64,000 bases of DNA, taken from a virus (taxonomy: Duplodnaviria; Caudoviricetes). The notes beneath the pieces are model-generated. The model was not told where the DNA came from. It worked only from the letters and a program-made list of their open reading frames with translations, and searched no databases. The translations under genes were made by a program, and so were the position numbers. The stretch lies in IMG/VR virus record IMGVR_UViG_3300040811_001959. One strand, given 5' to 3'. Of the stretch, positions 1-9,318 are shown piece by piece (the stretch's first letter is position 1; every line of letters begins with the position of its first letter).

Positions 1-65
1 TTCTGAACTGTCTCCCGGGTGCGTCTGGGTTGCTATAATAGTTTCACTTGTTGCCATACCTATTC

Positions 66-830
66 CTAATTCCTTACTAAAATTTTTGTTACGGTATCAT
101 TTGGTGATGCAGTTGTCTTAAATCGTAAGTAGTTGTATACGCCTCTAAAATTAAAATAAGCAGGCATTGTTTCTGTACCATCAAATGTTATCGTGTTTAT
201 CGGTGCCCAACTAGTATCTTCATTAATGTTTACATCAAGTGTAGCTTCTAGTGTTGCATTACCTACATAATTGTTTGTATATATTGCTGCTGTATGTAAA
301 GCTTCGTTACCGTTGAGAGCAGGTTCTGCTGATATGGCCTCACTAATCCATTCTGTATTGTCTTGTACAAAAGTAGATACAGTGTGCGGTTCTGCTGGTC
401 CTGGAAATGCATAATCGTCAACAAACAGAGTGGCATTGTTATCAAAATTACTATCTGCGAAGGTTAAATGATTATCACCTTCTAAATCTGTAAGATAGAT
501 ATTGTAACGTAAGTACTGTCTTTGAATGTTTAATAAATCATTTTCTGTAATGTTAATCTCAAATTTACCTTTAGCTCCATCTTGTACAGTGCCTACTCTT
601 CTTATAACTTGTCTTTTTGTTTCGTCAAACGCTACAAATGTAGGCATATAATCGGTTATATCCATTGGTTTTTGATCTGCATTAACTATTTTAAATTGTA
701 TTTTATTGTCAATACCCCGGTAGGCTTTTATCTGTCTACTATACACTGGCATGTACTCCGTGTCAAATCCTGTTTCATTTGTTACAATTATAATTGTATT
801 TTTTACTAAATATCTTGGTATAAGCTGCAT
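66..830 (-). CDS. Putative virion structural protein (possible BppU-like baseplate N-terminal domain); start revised to ATG at 830
   Basis: ORF 66..968; MQLIPRYLV start lies 4 nt after an ATAAATA box and avoids overlap with the divergent ORF. Beta-rich sequence 'KIQFKIVNADQKPMDIT...GKFEINITENDL'. The family call is inference. Confidence 0.45.
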   Translation of the reverse strand: MQLIPRYLVKNTIIIVTNETGFDTEYMPVYSRQIKAYRGIDNKIQFKIVNADQKPMDITDYMPTFVAFDETKRQVIRRVGTVQDGAKGKFEINITENDLLNIQRQYLRYNIYLTDLEGDNHLTFADSNFDNNATLFVDDYAFPGPAEPHTVSTFVQDNTEWISEAISAEPALNGNEALHTAAIYTNNYVGNATLEATLDVNINEDTSWAPINTITFDGTETMPAYFNFRGVYNYLRFKTTASPNDTVTKILVRN

Positions 831-834
831 ATTA

Positions 835-841
835 TATTTAT
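835..841 (-). promoter_or_regulatory. T4-type late promoter box ATAAATA, 4 nt upstream of ATG 830
   Basis: Minus strand reads AATAAATA-TAAT-ATG; no Shine-Dalgarno present. Confidence 0.55.
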
Positions 842-861
842 TAGAAAGAATACTATTATTA

Positions 862-1236
862 ATGCTACGAAAAGATATAGAAGAAAAGTATCCGTTTATA
901 AGTTTAATACAATATGGTGGTAAAGAATATGTTGGAATTATAGTAAACCAAGATTCATTTATTACCACTATTTTAGATTATTCTATCTTAAAAAATCTAA
1001 AAGATAAAAAATTTTTTCTACAATTAGGAGAAATGTGGTGGATGGAAAGTAATCGAATGATTCCTATTACAATCTTTTTACGACATGATATAGTTCCATT
1101 AAAATATTGTTTAAAAAATTTGAATACAAAAGATGTTGATATAATTATTGGTCCTACAGTCAATTTAGGAAGTCTTCATTTAAAACGTGTTAAGCGGAAA
1201 AGTATTCAAATGGTAAGGAAACCAAAAAAAAATTAA
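862..1236 (+). CDS. Hypothetical phage protein; start revised to 862 (MLRKDIEEKYPF)
   Basis: ORF 751..1236; the revised start removes the overlap with the divergent gene. Confidence 0.6.
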   Translation: MLRKDIEEKYPFISLIQYGGKEYVGIIVNQDSFITTILDYSILKNLKDKKFFLQLGEMWWMESNRMIPITIFLRHDIVPLKYCLKNLNTKDVDIIIGPTVNLGSLHLKRVKRKSIQMVRKPKKN

Positions 1237-1856
1237 AAATAATTTCCGTAAACTCTATAGTCTTCTTTATATAAATTTTTTATTTTATCCACTTCATCTT
1301 TTCTAATATCAAAAAACTCAACTGCAAAAGAATTTTTGTAAAACACATTAGGAATATTTTCTGTAAGTGAAACATTTTCTACTAATGGAATAAATTTATC
1401 ACCTATATTTTTTGTTAAAATTATTTCAGTATATATAGACGGATCGCTACCATAAGACGTTATTAAAGAACGGGTGTGATTTCTGATGTCACGATAATTT
1501 AGAATAATTGTTTCATACTCGTTGACAAATTGTGTAAACGATTTTACTGTTTGTTTTATATGATCTTTATTCCTTTGTAGGACTCTATCCTTGTATGCAC
1601 TTACAAATCTCTCAACAGGGTCTCTGATTATTGCAACTCTGGTTGTAAAAGAAAAAATTTGGTCTTTTGATAATTTGACAATTTGGCCATTTGCCCAATT
1701 TTTAGTTGGAATTTTTCTAGTATCTTTTCTAAATTTAAAAGATCCTAAAAATGGATAACCTAATATAGTTATTACAGAACTTGATCCACATTTATTAGCA
1801 ACTGTAACCAAAATTTTATTTTTATTATTAAAAGTAACTAGATAAGTATCTTTCAT
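1233..1856 (-). CDS. Sulfotransferase (Sulfotransfer_2-like)
   Basis: 5'-PSB loop 'NKCGSSS', 3'-PB motif 'IIRDPVERFVSAY', C-terminal 'Y..DY...G'. Confidence 0.8.
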   Translation of the reverse strand: MKDTYLVTFNNKNKILVTVANKCGSSSVITILGYPFLGSFKFRKDTRKIPTKNWANGQIVKLSKDQIFSFTTRVAIIRDPVERFVSAYKDRVLQRNKDHIKQTVKSFTQFVNEYETIILNYRDIRNHTRSLITSYGSDPSIYTEIILTKNIGDKFIPLVENVSLTENIPNVFYKNSFAVEFFDIRKDEVDKIKNLYKEDYRVYGNYF

Positions 1857-2416
1857 TTACTGATTACATTTTCGCAAATTAAATTCATGTGTACAGTAAT
1901 TGCAACTGCATAAGATATTGCATGAGCTTTTTTAAAATAGTATTTATTGTCATCAGGTTTCGACCATACTTCTGATAGTATGGTACTCCAATTTTCATTC
2001 AATAGATATCTCTTTGCAGGTCTAATTATAGCAAGTACAGCAGCAAGTTGTTCTATGTTTTTAGGTTTAAGTTTTTTACAAATTTCTGAATGTCCTGATA
2101 AATGGAAAAGTAAATCAACAAATTCTTTGTGTTCTAATAATTCCCACAATGGTTCTTTTTCCATTAAACGAATTAAATGTTCTTCATCATTTACATCTTT
2201 GTAAATTGAAACATTTAGGAAATCTAATTTAAAATATCCTCTATCTTCTGCTTGTTTATAATCAATTGAAGCATAATTATTAATAGGATTATGCGGAATT
2301 TCTGTTACGTATATCCCAGTATTATGTTTTTTTGTGTCATCAATAGTTGCAATCCGATGTTCTATTTTTGAAAGAATATTATTCCTATCTGCAAAATCTA
2401 TATCAATATCAGGCAT
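1853..2416 (-). CDS. dnaE: Miniature DNA polymerase III alpha (DnaE/family C) catalytic-core protein
   Basis: Ordered DnaE motifs PDIDIDF, HNTGIY, FKLDFL, LAIIRPA and FKKAHAISYA in only 187 aa. Confidence 0.8.
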   Translation of the reverse strand: MPDIDIDFADRNNILSKIEHRIATIDDTKKHNTGIYVTEIPHNPINNYASIDYKQAEDRGYFKLDFLNVSIYKDVNDEEHLIRLMEKEPLWELLEHKEFVDLLFHLSGHSEICKKLKPKNIEQLAAVLAIIRPAKRYLLNENWSTILSEVWSKPDDNKYYFKKAHAISYAVAITVHMNLICENVISK

Positions 2417-2417
2417 G

Positions 2418-2774
2418 CTATTCTATGTATAAAATTATATTAGGATATAAAACCATTAAACTTATCCAAAGCCATAATGTATTAAAACTAACAAGCGTAG
2501 GCAACAGTTTTTTATTGCTTGCCCATATTAATGTTGCACTTGTAAATAGACTTAAAAAATATAATTGCCAAATTTGTATTTTCCATAATAGTCCAGGTAT
2601 AATAATAATAGCTTTTGTAAACCAACTTGCAGCTTCGATTATATTATAATTAGTCCAATACTTTTTTGTAAACCATAATTTATAACAATTTATTATTTCC
2701 TTCCACCCAGTAAAGGTGTAGAGTAAAATTGTAAATAATAACCAAATAATAATAATGATAATAACATTAGGCAT
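2418..2774 (-). CDS. Small multi-pass membrane protein
   Basis: 118 aa with about four hydrophobic segments. Confidence 0.6.
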   Translation of the reverse strand: MPNVIIIIIIWLLFTILLYTFTGWKEIINCYKLWFTKKYWTNYNIIEAASWFTKAIIIIPGLLWKIQIWQLYFLSLFTSATLIWASNKKLLPTLVSFNTLWLWISLMVLYPNIILYIE

Positions 2775-3264
2775 AATGTTTTTGTATTTTTTTTGCTTTT
2801 TTATTAGCCATTTTCCAAACTAGTGGGGATACACGATCTTTAAAAGTAATACCCTGTAAGTGATCATATTCGTGCAAAAATACTTTAACACTATAATCTT
2901 TTAAATGTGTTCTTTTCTTTTCTAAGTTTTCATCATAATACTCTACTAGGATTTCTTTTGGTCGTTTTACTTGTGCAAATACATTTGGAAAACTTAAACA
3001 GCCTTCTATGTCAATAACAATTTCTTTTGTGTGCTGAAGTACAACAGGGTTAATTAAAATCGAGTTATTCTCTTTACCGTCTCCCATAACAAACAATTGT
3101 GCATCTAAACCAATCTGATTCGCTGATAATCCAATTCCATTGTTACTTAACATAAATTCTACCATTTCATTTTTTAAGTCTACTGGATTAAAATCTACGT
3201 TATCGATATTAACCGAATTGACTTTTTTAGATAGAAATTCGTCTGGATAATATACAAGTTTCAT
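2767..3264 (-). CDS. def: Peptide deformylase
   Basis: Motifs GIGLSANQIG, EGCLS and HEYDH. Confidence 0.95.
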   Translation of the reverse strand: MKLVYYPDEFLSKKVNSVNIDNVDFNPVDLKNEMVEFMLSNNGIGLSANQIGLDAQLFVMGDGKENNSILINPVVLQHTKEIVIDIEGCLSFPNVFAQVKRPKEILVEYYDENLEKKRTHLKDYSVKVFLHEYDHLQGITFKDRVSPLVWKMANKKAKKIQKHYA

Positions 3265-3965
3265 AGTCTACTTTCTTTAATAATTTGTTTTGCTAATTCT
3301 AAATCTTTTGTTTGTCTTTTAAATTTTAGTGCCCAGTGTTCAGGATCAACAATATGATATATCATTTTTAATTGCTCTTCATTAAATTTATCAAGCATTT
3401 GTTTACCGCTGGTGCTATTTAAAACAATCCAAGGAGAAATTTTTCCATCTTTAATATGATATACAGCTCTGTTTGTACTAACTAAATTAAAATAATGATT
3501 CCATACTGCTGGCGGATTTTCTTCGGCCCATTCAGTCATTGTAAGTACACTACGTTCTAGCGCAGTAGTTACATCTTCTTTTTTAATAAGCTCAATTGCG
3601 TAACGTTCATATAATTCTTCTTTACACCATTGTTCTAACTTCACGCCACTTGTTACAACATAGTCTACATACTTTTCTGGATATAGTGGTTTGACATTGT
3701 TAAGGAAGCTACCAAATTTTACAAAACTGTTGTAGTATGGACTCTTGCAAAATTCTTCATACGTCTTATCTTTCTTAGAGCCCATACTACGTTTGTAAAA
3801 TTGATTAAATGCATAGAAGCCTAACTGTACCCTTTTCTCATCTCGCTGTAACGCTCTGCGTTTCTTTTCGCATAAATGTGCAAAAAGTGTTTTTTCTCGT
3901 GTGTATGATGTGTTACAGTATTCGCAGGTATACTTAGAGTTTGATGTCAAGCGCATGATCCTCAA
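3261..3965 (-). CDS. Hypothetical protein with N-terminal zinc finger (C-x2-C-x12-H-x-C); true start uncertain
   Basis: 'YTCEYCNTSYTREKTLFAHLC'. Confidence 0.65.
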   Translation of the reverse strand: MRIMRLTSNSKYTCEYCNTSYTREKTLFAHLCEKKRRALQRDEKRVQLGFYAFNQFYKRSMGSKKDKTYEEFCKSPYYNSFVKFGSFLNNVKPLYPEKYVDYVVTSGVKLEQWCKEELYERYAIELIKKEDVTTALERSVLTMTEWAEENPPAVWNHYFNLVSTNRAVYHIKDGKISPWIVLNSTSGKQMLDKFNEEQLKMIYHIVDPEHWALKFKRQTKDLELAKQIIKESRL

Positions 3966-4386
3966 TTAGCTGTTTAATTTCATCCTCTGTAGACAATTGA
4001 GCTAGCAATTCAATTTCGTCTGCCTTTCTTTCAGGATAAATTTTTGTAAGTATTTTTTCAAACTTTCCGGTCACGTTTGTGACATTTGATTTTAATCCTT
4101 GCCATTTATGGAATTCTATTTTGCCTGTGTTTCCGCATAAGCATAATAACTGCCATTGTAGTTCCTGATGTGAACTAACAACCATATAGTTTTTGTTATA
4201 GTATTCGTTTGTTTTTAAGACAGCAAGTTCCTGTTTTTCTCTTTTTCCTGCAACACTTGAAGCATATCTATTCATTAACCAAAAGGATATACCTTTTTTA
4301 GATTCGTCATCTAATTCTTTCCAAACAGATTTTGCGCCCATATCAACTGCAGCAAGAATATCTTTTACTGGTAGTTTATTAGCCAT
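3934..4386 (-). CDS. Probable clamp-loader small subunit (T4 gp62-like)
   Basis: 150 aa; 'FWLMNRYAS...QWQLL...FHKW...IYPERK.DEIELL' pattern and location in the replication operon. Confidence 0.5.
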   Translation of the reverse strand: MANKLPVKDILAAVDMGAKSVWKELDDESKKGISFWLMNRYASSVAGKREKQELAVLKTNEYYNKNYMVVSSHQELQWQLLCLCGNTGKIEFHKWQGLKSNVTNVTGKFEKILTKIYPERKADEIELLAQLSTEDEIKQLIEDHALDIKL

Positions 4387-4397
4387 AATATATATTA

Positions 4398-4904
4398 CTA
4401 TATAAGATTACAAAAATCAATGACTTCAGTTTGTCTCGATACATCCTTTACAAAAAAAGCACACAATGGATTATCATCGTTATTTAATGGAACAGATAAA
4501 AGTTGACCATTTTTCATTTTTGGAAAGTACCATTTTACATCATTGTAAAAATTTGTAATTTTTATTTCTCCATAATCTGCTTTAAAACTTTTTAATGGAT
4601 TGAACAAGAATGCATCAAAGCCTCTGTCGTTTAAACTCGTTAAAGGTAGTATTTCTAAATCTTTACCTGTATTACGATCACCCACAGCAATATGCCAATC
4701 AACTGGCATGATAATTTCATTTCCGTTGATATCCATAGCTATAGCAGGACTACTAAAAGATTCTAAAAAGATTAATGGAATAAAAAAGAAATCAGGATCC
4801 GACGGGTCACTGTTATCTAGTACACTAAATCTAAAATCTTCTTCGATTTCATCTGGTAAATTATTAAGATCATAAGTTTTGTTTTCTAATGTAAGTATTC
4901 TCAT
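4398..4904 (-). CDS. Hypothetical protein following UvsW (possible degenerate Hint fold)
   Basis: Intact 168-aa ORF with a 4-nt overlap with the uvsW stop. Confidence 0.55.
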   Translation of the reverse strand: MRILTLENKTYDLNNLPDEIEEDFRFSVLDNSDPSDPDFFFIPLIFLESFSSPAIAMDINGNEIIMPVDWHIAVGDRNTGKDLEILPLTSLNDRGFDAFLFNPLKSFKADYGEIKITNFYNDVKWYFPKMKNGQLLSVPLNNDDNPLCAFFVKDVSRQTEVIDFCNLI

Positions 4905-6364
4905 TGCCAGTCAACCTTTTCTATTGTAAATGGATATTGAGCGTCTCTATAAAATTTTTTCCGCTCTGTTAAATGTCTTTTTGCAAATTTGCAAGTACTA
5001 GTAAAATCCCAAATCTGTACAAAGTCTTTGTCCTTAGCTTTACGAACTCCTCGTCCAATTGATTGTATTACCCGAACAAAACTTTTGCCAGGTTCAATTA
5101 AAACAAGATTAAAAATACGAGGAATATTGATCCCCACAGCAGCAACCCCGTAAGTTGCAACGATAACCATATTGTCTGCATCTTGAATTTCATCATAAGC
5201 TGATTTTCTGTCCTTTAATTTTACATCACCTTTTATAAAAATTGAATTTTCTATACGTTCATGCAAAAGTTCGCCCGCACTAATACGATCAATTAATATA
5301 AGTGTGTTACCAGATTCCTTAATCTTATTTAACATTTTAGCAATGTAGTTTACACGATTTTCTTCGGTTACAAGATATTTTAATTCGCTTTGATAGTCTC
5401 TGTGTGCAACTGTGTCTATTAGCTGTACAATGTTTACATGACAGTTAGACAGTACACCTTTGTCCTGCAATTCTTTAGCTGTAATCTGTCCAATAACAGG
5501 TCCTATACTTGCGTGTAGTGCTTCGAATTCAAAACGTTCTTTAGGCACTGTACCTGTTAGTCCCCAACGTATCGGAGCATTACGTAGGTTGCGTGTAAGC
5601 AAATTCTTCAAGACCTCGGCCTTTGCTTGATGCACTTCGTCAATTATTATTGTGCTTACACCGTCTAAGAACTCTGCAAGTGTCAATACTGCTGTACCGT
5701 CTTTACTTTTCTTATCTAGTATGTTGAGACTTTGCCAAGTGCATATGGTATGTGTTTTGGATAGGTCTTTCCTATCGCCAAAGTATACGCCGCAGTCCAG
5801 CCCGCAATTTCGGTAATCTTCTTCAGTTTGTTGCACAAGAGATTTGTTTGGAACAACGACAAGTGTTCGTCCATATTTTTCCGCTATGTGTGAGAGTGTT
5901 GCGGTGGTAATAGTTTTACCAGCGCCTGTTGCAATCTCCTGTAGAGACTGCGGATTCTTAACAAAATTATTTATAGCTTCTACTTGATAATCTCTTAATA
6001 CAATATCTTCACCTGCTGCAGGATGTCCTTCAGGCCATTTTACTCCTTGTTGTTTCCAATAGTCTTCTGTTATAGGTTGGAAGTCTAGTGTAACAGGATG
6101 CCTGCGATCTTCTATGTCAGAGATCTCTACATTATTGTTTTGCAATATCTCTACGATTGTATTGAGATGATTGACGTATCCTGTACCGCCTATACCAAAA
6201 AATGCTACCTTTCCATCCCATCTACCGAGTTTATACTGCGGCATGTAACGTGCATATGGTACTTCAAATTTAAGTGCATTTGCAAGTTTCCTACGTATCT
6301 CAACTGGAAGTCCTTCTAACTTAATATTGACTTCATCTTCGATAATTAATTTACATGATGTCAT
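4901..6364 (-). CDS. uvsW: UvsW-like SF2 DNA helicase; start revised to 6364 (ATGA overlap)
   Basis: LRDYQ, ATGAGKT, DEVH, GLTGT and QSIGRGVR helicase motifs. Confidence 0.92.
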   Translation of the reverse strand: MTSCKLIIEDEVNIKLEGLPVEIRRKLANALKFEVPYARYMPQYKLGRWDGKVAFFGIGGTGYVNHLNTIVEILQNNNVEISDIEDRRHPVTLDFQPITEDYWKQQGVKWPEGHPAAGEDIVLRDYQVEAINNFVKNPQSLQEIATGAGKTITTATLSHIAEKYGRTLVVVPNKSLVQQTEEDYRNCGLDCGVYFGDRKDLSKTHTICTWQSLNILDKKSKDGTAVLTLAEFLDGVSTIIIDEVHQAKAEVLKNLLTRNLRNAPIRWGLTGTVPKERFEFEALHASIGPVIGQITAKELQDKGVLSNCHVNIVQLIDTVAHRDYQSELKYLVTEENRVNYIAKMLNKIKESGNTLILIDRISAGELLHERIENSIFIKGDVKLKDRKSAYDEIQDADNMVIVATYGVAAVGINIPRIFNLVLIEPGKSFVRVIQSIGRGVRKAKDKDFVQIWDFTSTCKFAKRHLTERKKFYRDAQYPFTIEKVDWQ

Positions 6365-7569
6365 ATTTCTGTTGTTTTTTGATGAATCCAAGTAGTAGGT
6401 TGAGTATCAAAGTGAATGACTAGTTCACATTTATTATAATATGTTGACACAAGTCTGCTATGTCTTATACTAGCTAAAAGTAATGTTGTGGTTGGCTGCC
6501 ATTTACTAATAAGTAAAGGCTTAGGAAGTTTTTCATTATTAATAATAATTACCTGTGTTGCTTCTGTAATTTTGTTATTTAATTTAAACTTTTTTACATT
6601 TTCGTTAAAGTCGATATTATTTCCAGATATGTTGTCTAGTCTAAACAGTACGCTTATGTCTTTTATATCTATGAATTTTTGTAAACTGTCTATCAAATCA
6701 ACTAGATCTTGATTTTCTTGTCCTTTAGATAAAATTACTAACAAAGGAAATCTTTTAAGTTCATTTATTACATTACACACATCAAAAAAAGTATGTATAA
6801 TTTTTGACATGAATATATTTTTATTTTCAAGTTTTGCAATTTTTTCTGCCAATGGCGTAAGCATCGAAAATGATCTATTTAATTCGTTACTATCAAATAA
6901 ATTTAATCCAAGAATATCTTTCCTGTCATAATATAATGCAAGATTTTTTACAGTAGGAACTCCTAAGATTTTTATTGCATATTCTTCAGCAATTTTTGAT
7001 GTATTGACAAATTTATAATTTACAATACCCGGTATAAAATCATTTTTAGACTCAATAAATTTTTGTATAATATTATAAAAATTTAGCAATTCTTCATCAA
7101 TTTCAAAATTACATTCTTTTAATCTATCTACAATTTCAAATACATTCTTCTCATTTAATTTTAAAAAATGAGTTTTCGATTTACTATCATAATCATTCCT
7201 ATCTTGCAAAGATTTTATAAAATTTATATGCTTTATCATTTTATTAGAGTAAGGAAATGTAATTCCTATCATTACTTTCTTTTCATTATCAAATAAAGTA
7301 AACGACTCTTTTTCAACCAAAAAAACTTTTTTAGATCTGTCTATTTCTCTATAGGGATGTCTTAAATTATCTAATCCGTCATTAATATCATAACCATTTT
7401 TTGAGAACTCTTTTTCATATTCTTTTACCTTCTTTTTTGCCAAGGAATGCTGTCTATCAGTTAAACCTATGTTTTTTTTAATTTGACTTGATAAACTAGT
7501 AATTAATTTTCTATCTCGTGTGTCAACATCTAATGTTGATAATATTTCAATATAATCTTCAATAGTCAT
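6361..7569 (-). CDS. Hypothetical protein upstream of UvsW
   Basis: 402-aa intact ORF translationally coupled to uvsW. Confidence 0.6.
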   Translation of the reverse strand: MTIEDYIEILSTLDVDTRDRKLITSLSSQIKKNIGLTDRQHSLAKKKVKEYEKEFSKNGYDINDGLDNLRHPYREIDRSKKVFLVEKESFTLFDNEKKVMIGITFPYSNKMIKHINFIKSLQDRNDYDSKSKTHFLKLNEKNVFEIVDRLKECNFEIDEELLNFYNIIQKFIESKNDFIPGIVNYKFVNTSKIAEEYAIKILGVPTVKNLALYYDRKDILGLNLFDSNELNRSFSMLTPLAEKIAKLENKNIFMSKIIHTFFDVCNVINELKRFPLLVILSKGQENQDLVDLIDSLQKFIDIKDISVLFRLDNISGNNIDFNENVKKFKLNNKITEATQVIIINNEKLPKPLLISKWQPTTTLLLASIRHSRLVSTYYNKCELVIHFDTQPTTWIHQKTTEI

Positions 7570-7597
7570 AAAAATCCTAACAAAATATTATTATATA

Positions 7598-8443
7598 TTA
7601 TTTGAAAGCTTTCGTCAATCTGTTTAATGGTTCGCCGGTACTAATTTCGTCTAAGGTCCATTCAGTATAGCTAAGATCATTTAACCACTGATATCTATCA
7701 GGTTTTGAAGGATTGTTAATTGTTGAAAAATTTTGATTACTTACTTCATATGCAAGGCTAGAAGAACTTGTAAAAATTGGGATTCCGTTCATTGCTGCCA
7801 GGATTGCAGGATTACTACTGTGATTTACAAGTGCTGTGTAATTTTCAAATATCAAATCATAATCATCATAAGTGTTGAATAATTTTTTTGGATACTGAAT
7901 TTTAACATTTTTAAAACCTGCTAAATCAATTCTTATAGGGTTACGAGGATGGGGACGTACTACTATCTCTTTATCAGTATGCATCCTTAAAGATTTAATT
8001 GTGTCATTAATATAATTCCTTCCATGATTAATATCTTTCCATTGTCCACTTTTTAGATGTTGGCATGCAATTAGTATAGGTCCGGTATTAGTTTTCCAAT
8101 CATGTAGTTTCAAATTTAATTTTTTTACACGTTGATCATTATTAAGTTTTTCTCCAAAATATGCATCTCTATTAACACCATTTACTGCAACTTTCCATGT
8201 AGTACCACGCCTAAAGCATCCTATCTCTAAGACAATAATTGGCTTATTTTTTTGTCTACATCTGTCCCAAATAAGTTTATTCTTCGTCATCCTTCCGGAC
8301 CAAAGTACACTCCATATAACTTCAATATCAGATTCCATATTTAAACATACAGAGTATCCAAGTTTTTTTACTCCTTGGGCAAATGCTTCAAATACAGGTT
8401 TAGAATTTAATGCTCCGTTTGCTGTCCAAAGTCCAAATTTCAT
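7598..8443 (-). CDS. Capsule-biosynthesis (KpsC/KpsS-like, GT-B) glycosyltransferase
   Basis: 'ILIACQ', 'VVRPHP', 'NHSSNPAILAAMNGIPIF'; paralog of 10037..10951. Confidence 0.65.
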   Translation of the reverse strand: MKFGLWTANGALNSKPVFEAFAQGVKKLGYSVCLNMESDIEVIWSVLWSGRMTKNKLIWDRCRQKNKPIIVLEIGCFRRGTTWKVAVNGVNRDAYFGEKLNNDQRVKKLNLKLHDWKTNTGPILIACQHLKSGQWKDINHGRNYINDTIKSLRMHTDKEIVVRPHPRNPIRIDLAGFKNVKIQYPKKLFNTYDDYDLIFENYTALVNHSSNPAILAAMNGIPIFTSSSSLAYEVSNQNFSTINNPSKPDRYQWLNDLSYTEWTLDEISTGEPLNRLTKAFK

Positions 8444-8445
8444 TG

Positions 8446-8468
8446 TTAAATACCTTTATACTATTTAA
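8446..8468. promoter_or_regulatory. Pair of TTAAATA late-promoter-like boxes, one per strand, between divergent glycosyltransferase genes
   Basis: TTAAATA at + 8446-8452 and at - 8462-8468. Confidence 0.35.
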
Positions 8469-8481
8469 GAAAGATTTGCCT

Positions 8482-9318
8482 ATGAAAAATATTTTAGCTG
8501 TTACAACTTTTAATAAAGAAGGTTTAGATTTGTATGGACAAAGATTCCTAAACTCTTTTGCAGAAAATGTAGACAAGGAAATACGATTGATTTGTTATGC
8601 AGAAAAATGCCAACCAGAAAATCCTAGCCCAAACAACATTTTAATTTTAGATCAGGAGGAAGCCCTGCCAGATTTAGTTAGATTTAAAAAGACATGGCAG
8701 GATGTTCCAATGGCAACTGGCACCTGTCCGTGGCCTCAACGGCGTCCGAGAGATCATCACAAAACTTTTAAATGGGATGCAATAAGATTTTCCAATAAAG
8801 TTTATGCAGTGTTTGATGCTTGTGAAAGAGCAGAAGATTGGTGCGTATGGATAGATGCAGACTCTTATGTTCATAGTCCGTGGTCATATGAAGAATTTAG
8901 TTCTATACTACCAGATAATGTTTGGTTAACATATGTAGGTAGAGGAAAAGCATCTGCGACATGGCCTGAATGTGGATTTTATGGTTTAAAAGTATCTGAT
9001 GCAAAATGTAGACAATTTGTTGCGAATTTTAAATACATGTATGAAAATGCCAACATAGGAATTTTTAAATTAGAAGAATGGCACGACAGTTATGTATTTG
9101 GTCATGTATTAGATAAATTTAAACAAATGTATCCAGACATGCACGATTACACTAAAGACATGATGTTAAAGCAGGCAAGTACAGGCGGAGGAGGTCATCC
9201 TCTAATTAATACTGTTCTTGGAAAATGGATTGATCATTTAAAAGGTGACAGAAAAAGATTACAAAAAAGTAAAAAGAATGACTTGACTGTACATCGAGCA
9301 GAAAAGTATTGGAACTAA
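8482..9318 (+). CDS. GT-A glycosyltransferase; start revised to 8482
   Basis: 'TTF..EG..LYG', 'FSNK', 'WIDAD', 'ECGF', 'HDSYVF'. Confidence 0.75.
   Translation: MKNILAVTTFNKEGLDLYGQRFLNSFAENVDKEIRLICYAEKCQPENPSPNNILILDQEEALPDLVRFKKTWQDVPMATGTCPWPQRRPRDHHKTFKWDAIRFSNKVYAVFDACERAEDWCVWIDADSYVHSPWSYEEFSSILPDNVWLTYVGRGKASATWPECGFYGLKVSDAKCRQFVANFKYMYENANIGIFKLEEWHDSYVFGHVLDKFKQMYPDMHDYTKDMMLKQASTGGGGHPLINTVLGKWIDHLKGDRKRLQKSKKNDLTVHRAEKYWN

Noticed and set aside
751-968. Long antisense overlap of ORFs 66..968 and 751..1236
   Set aside because: Downstream ATGs (830 and 862) give non-overlapping divergent genes with a late box between them
8410-8481. Overlap of divergent glycosyltransferase ORFs
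   Set aside because: A TTG-extended call; ATG 8482 is the better start
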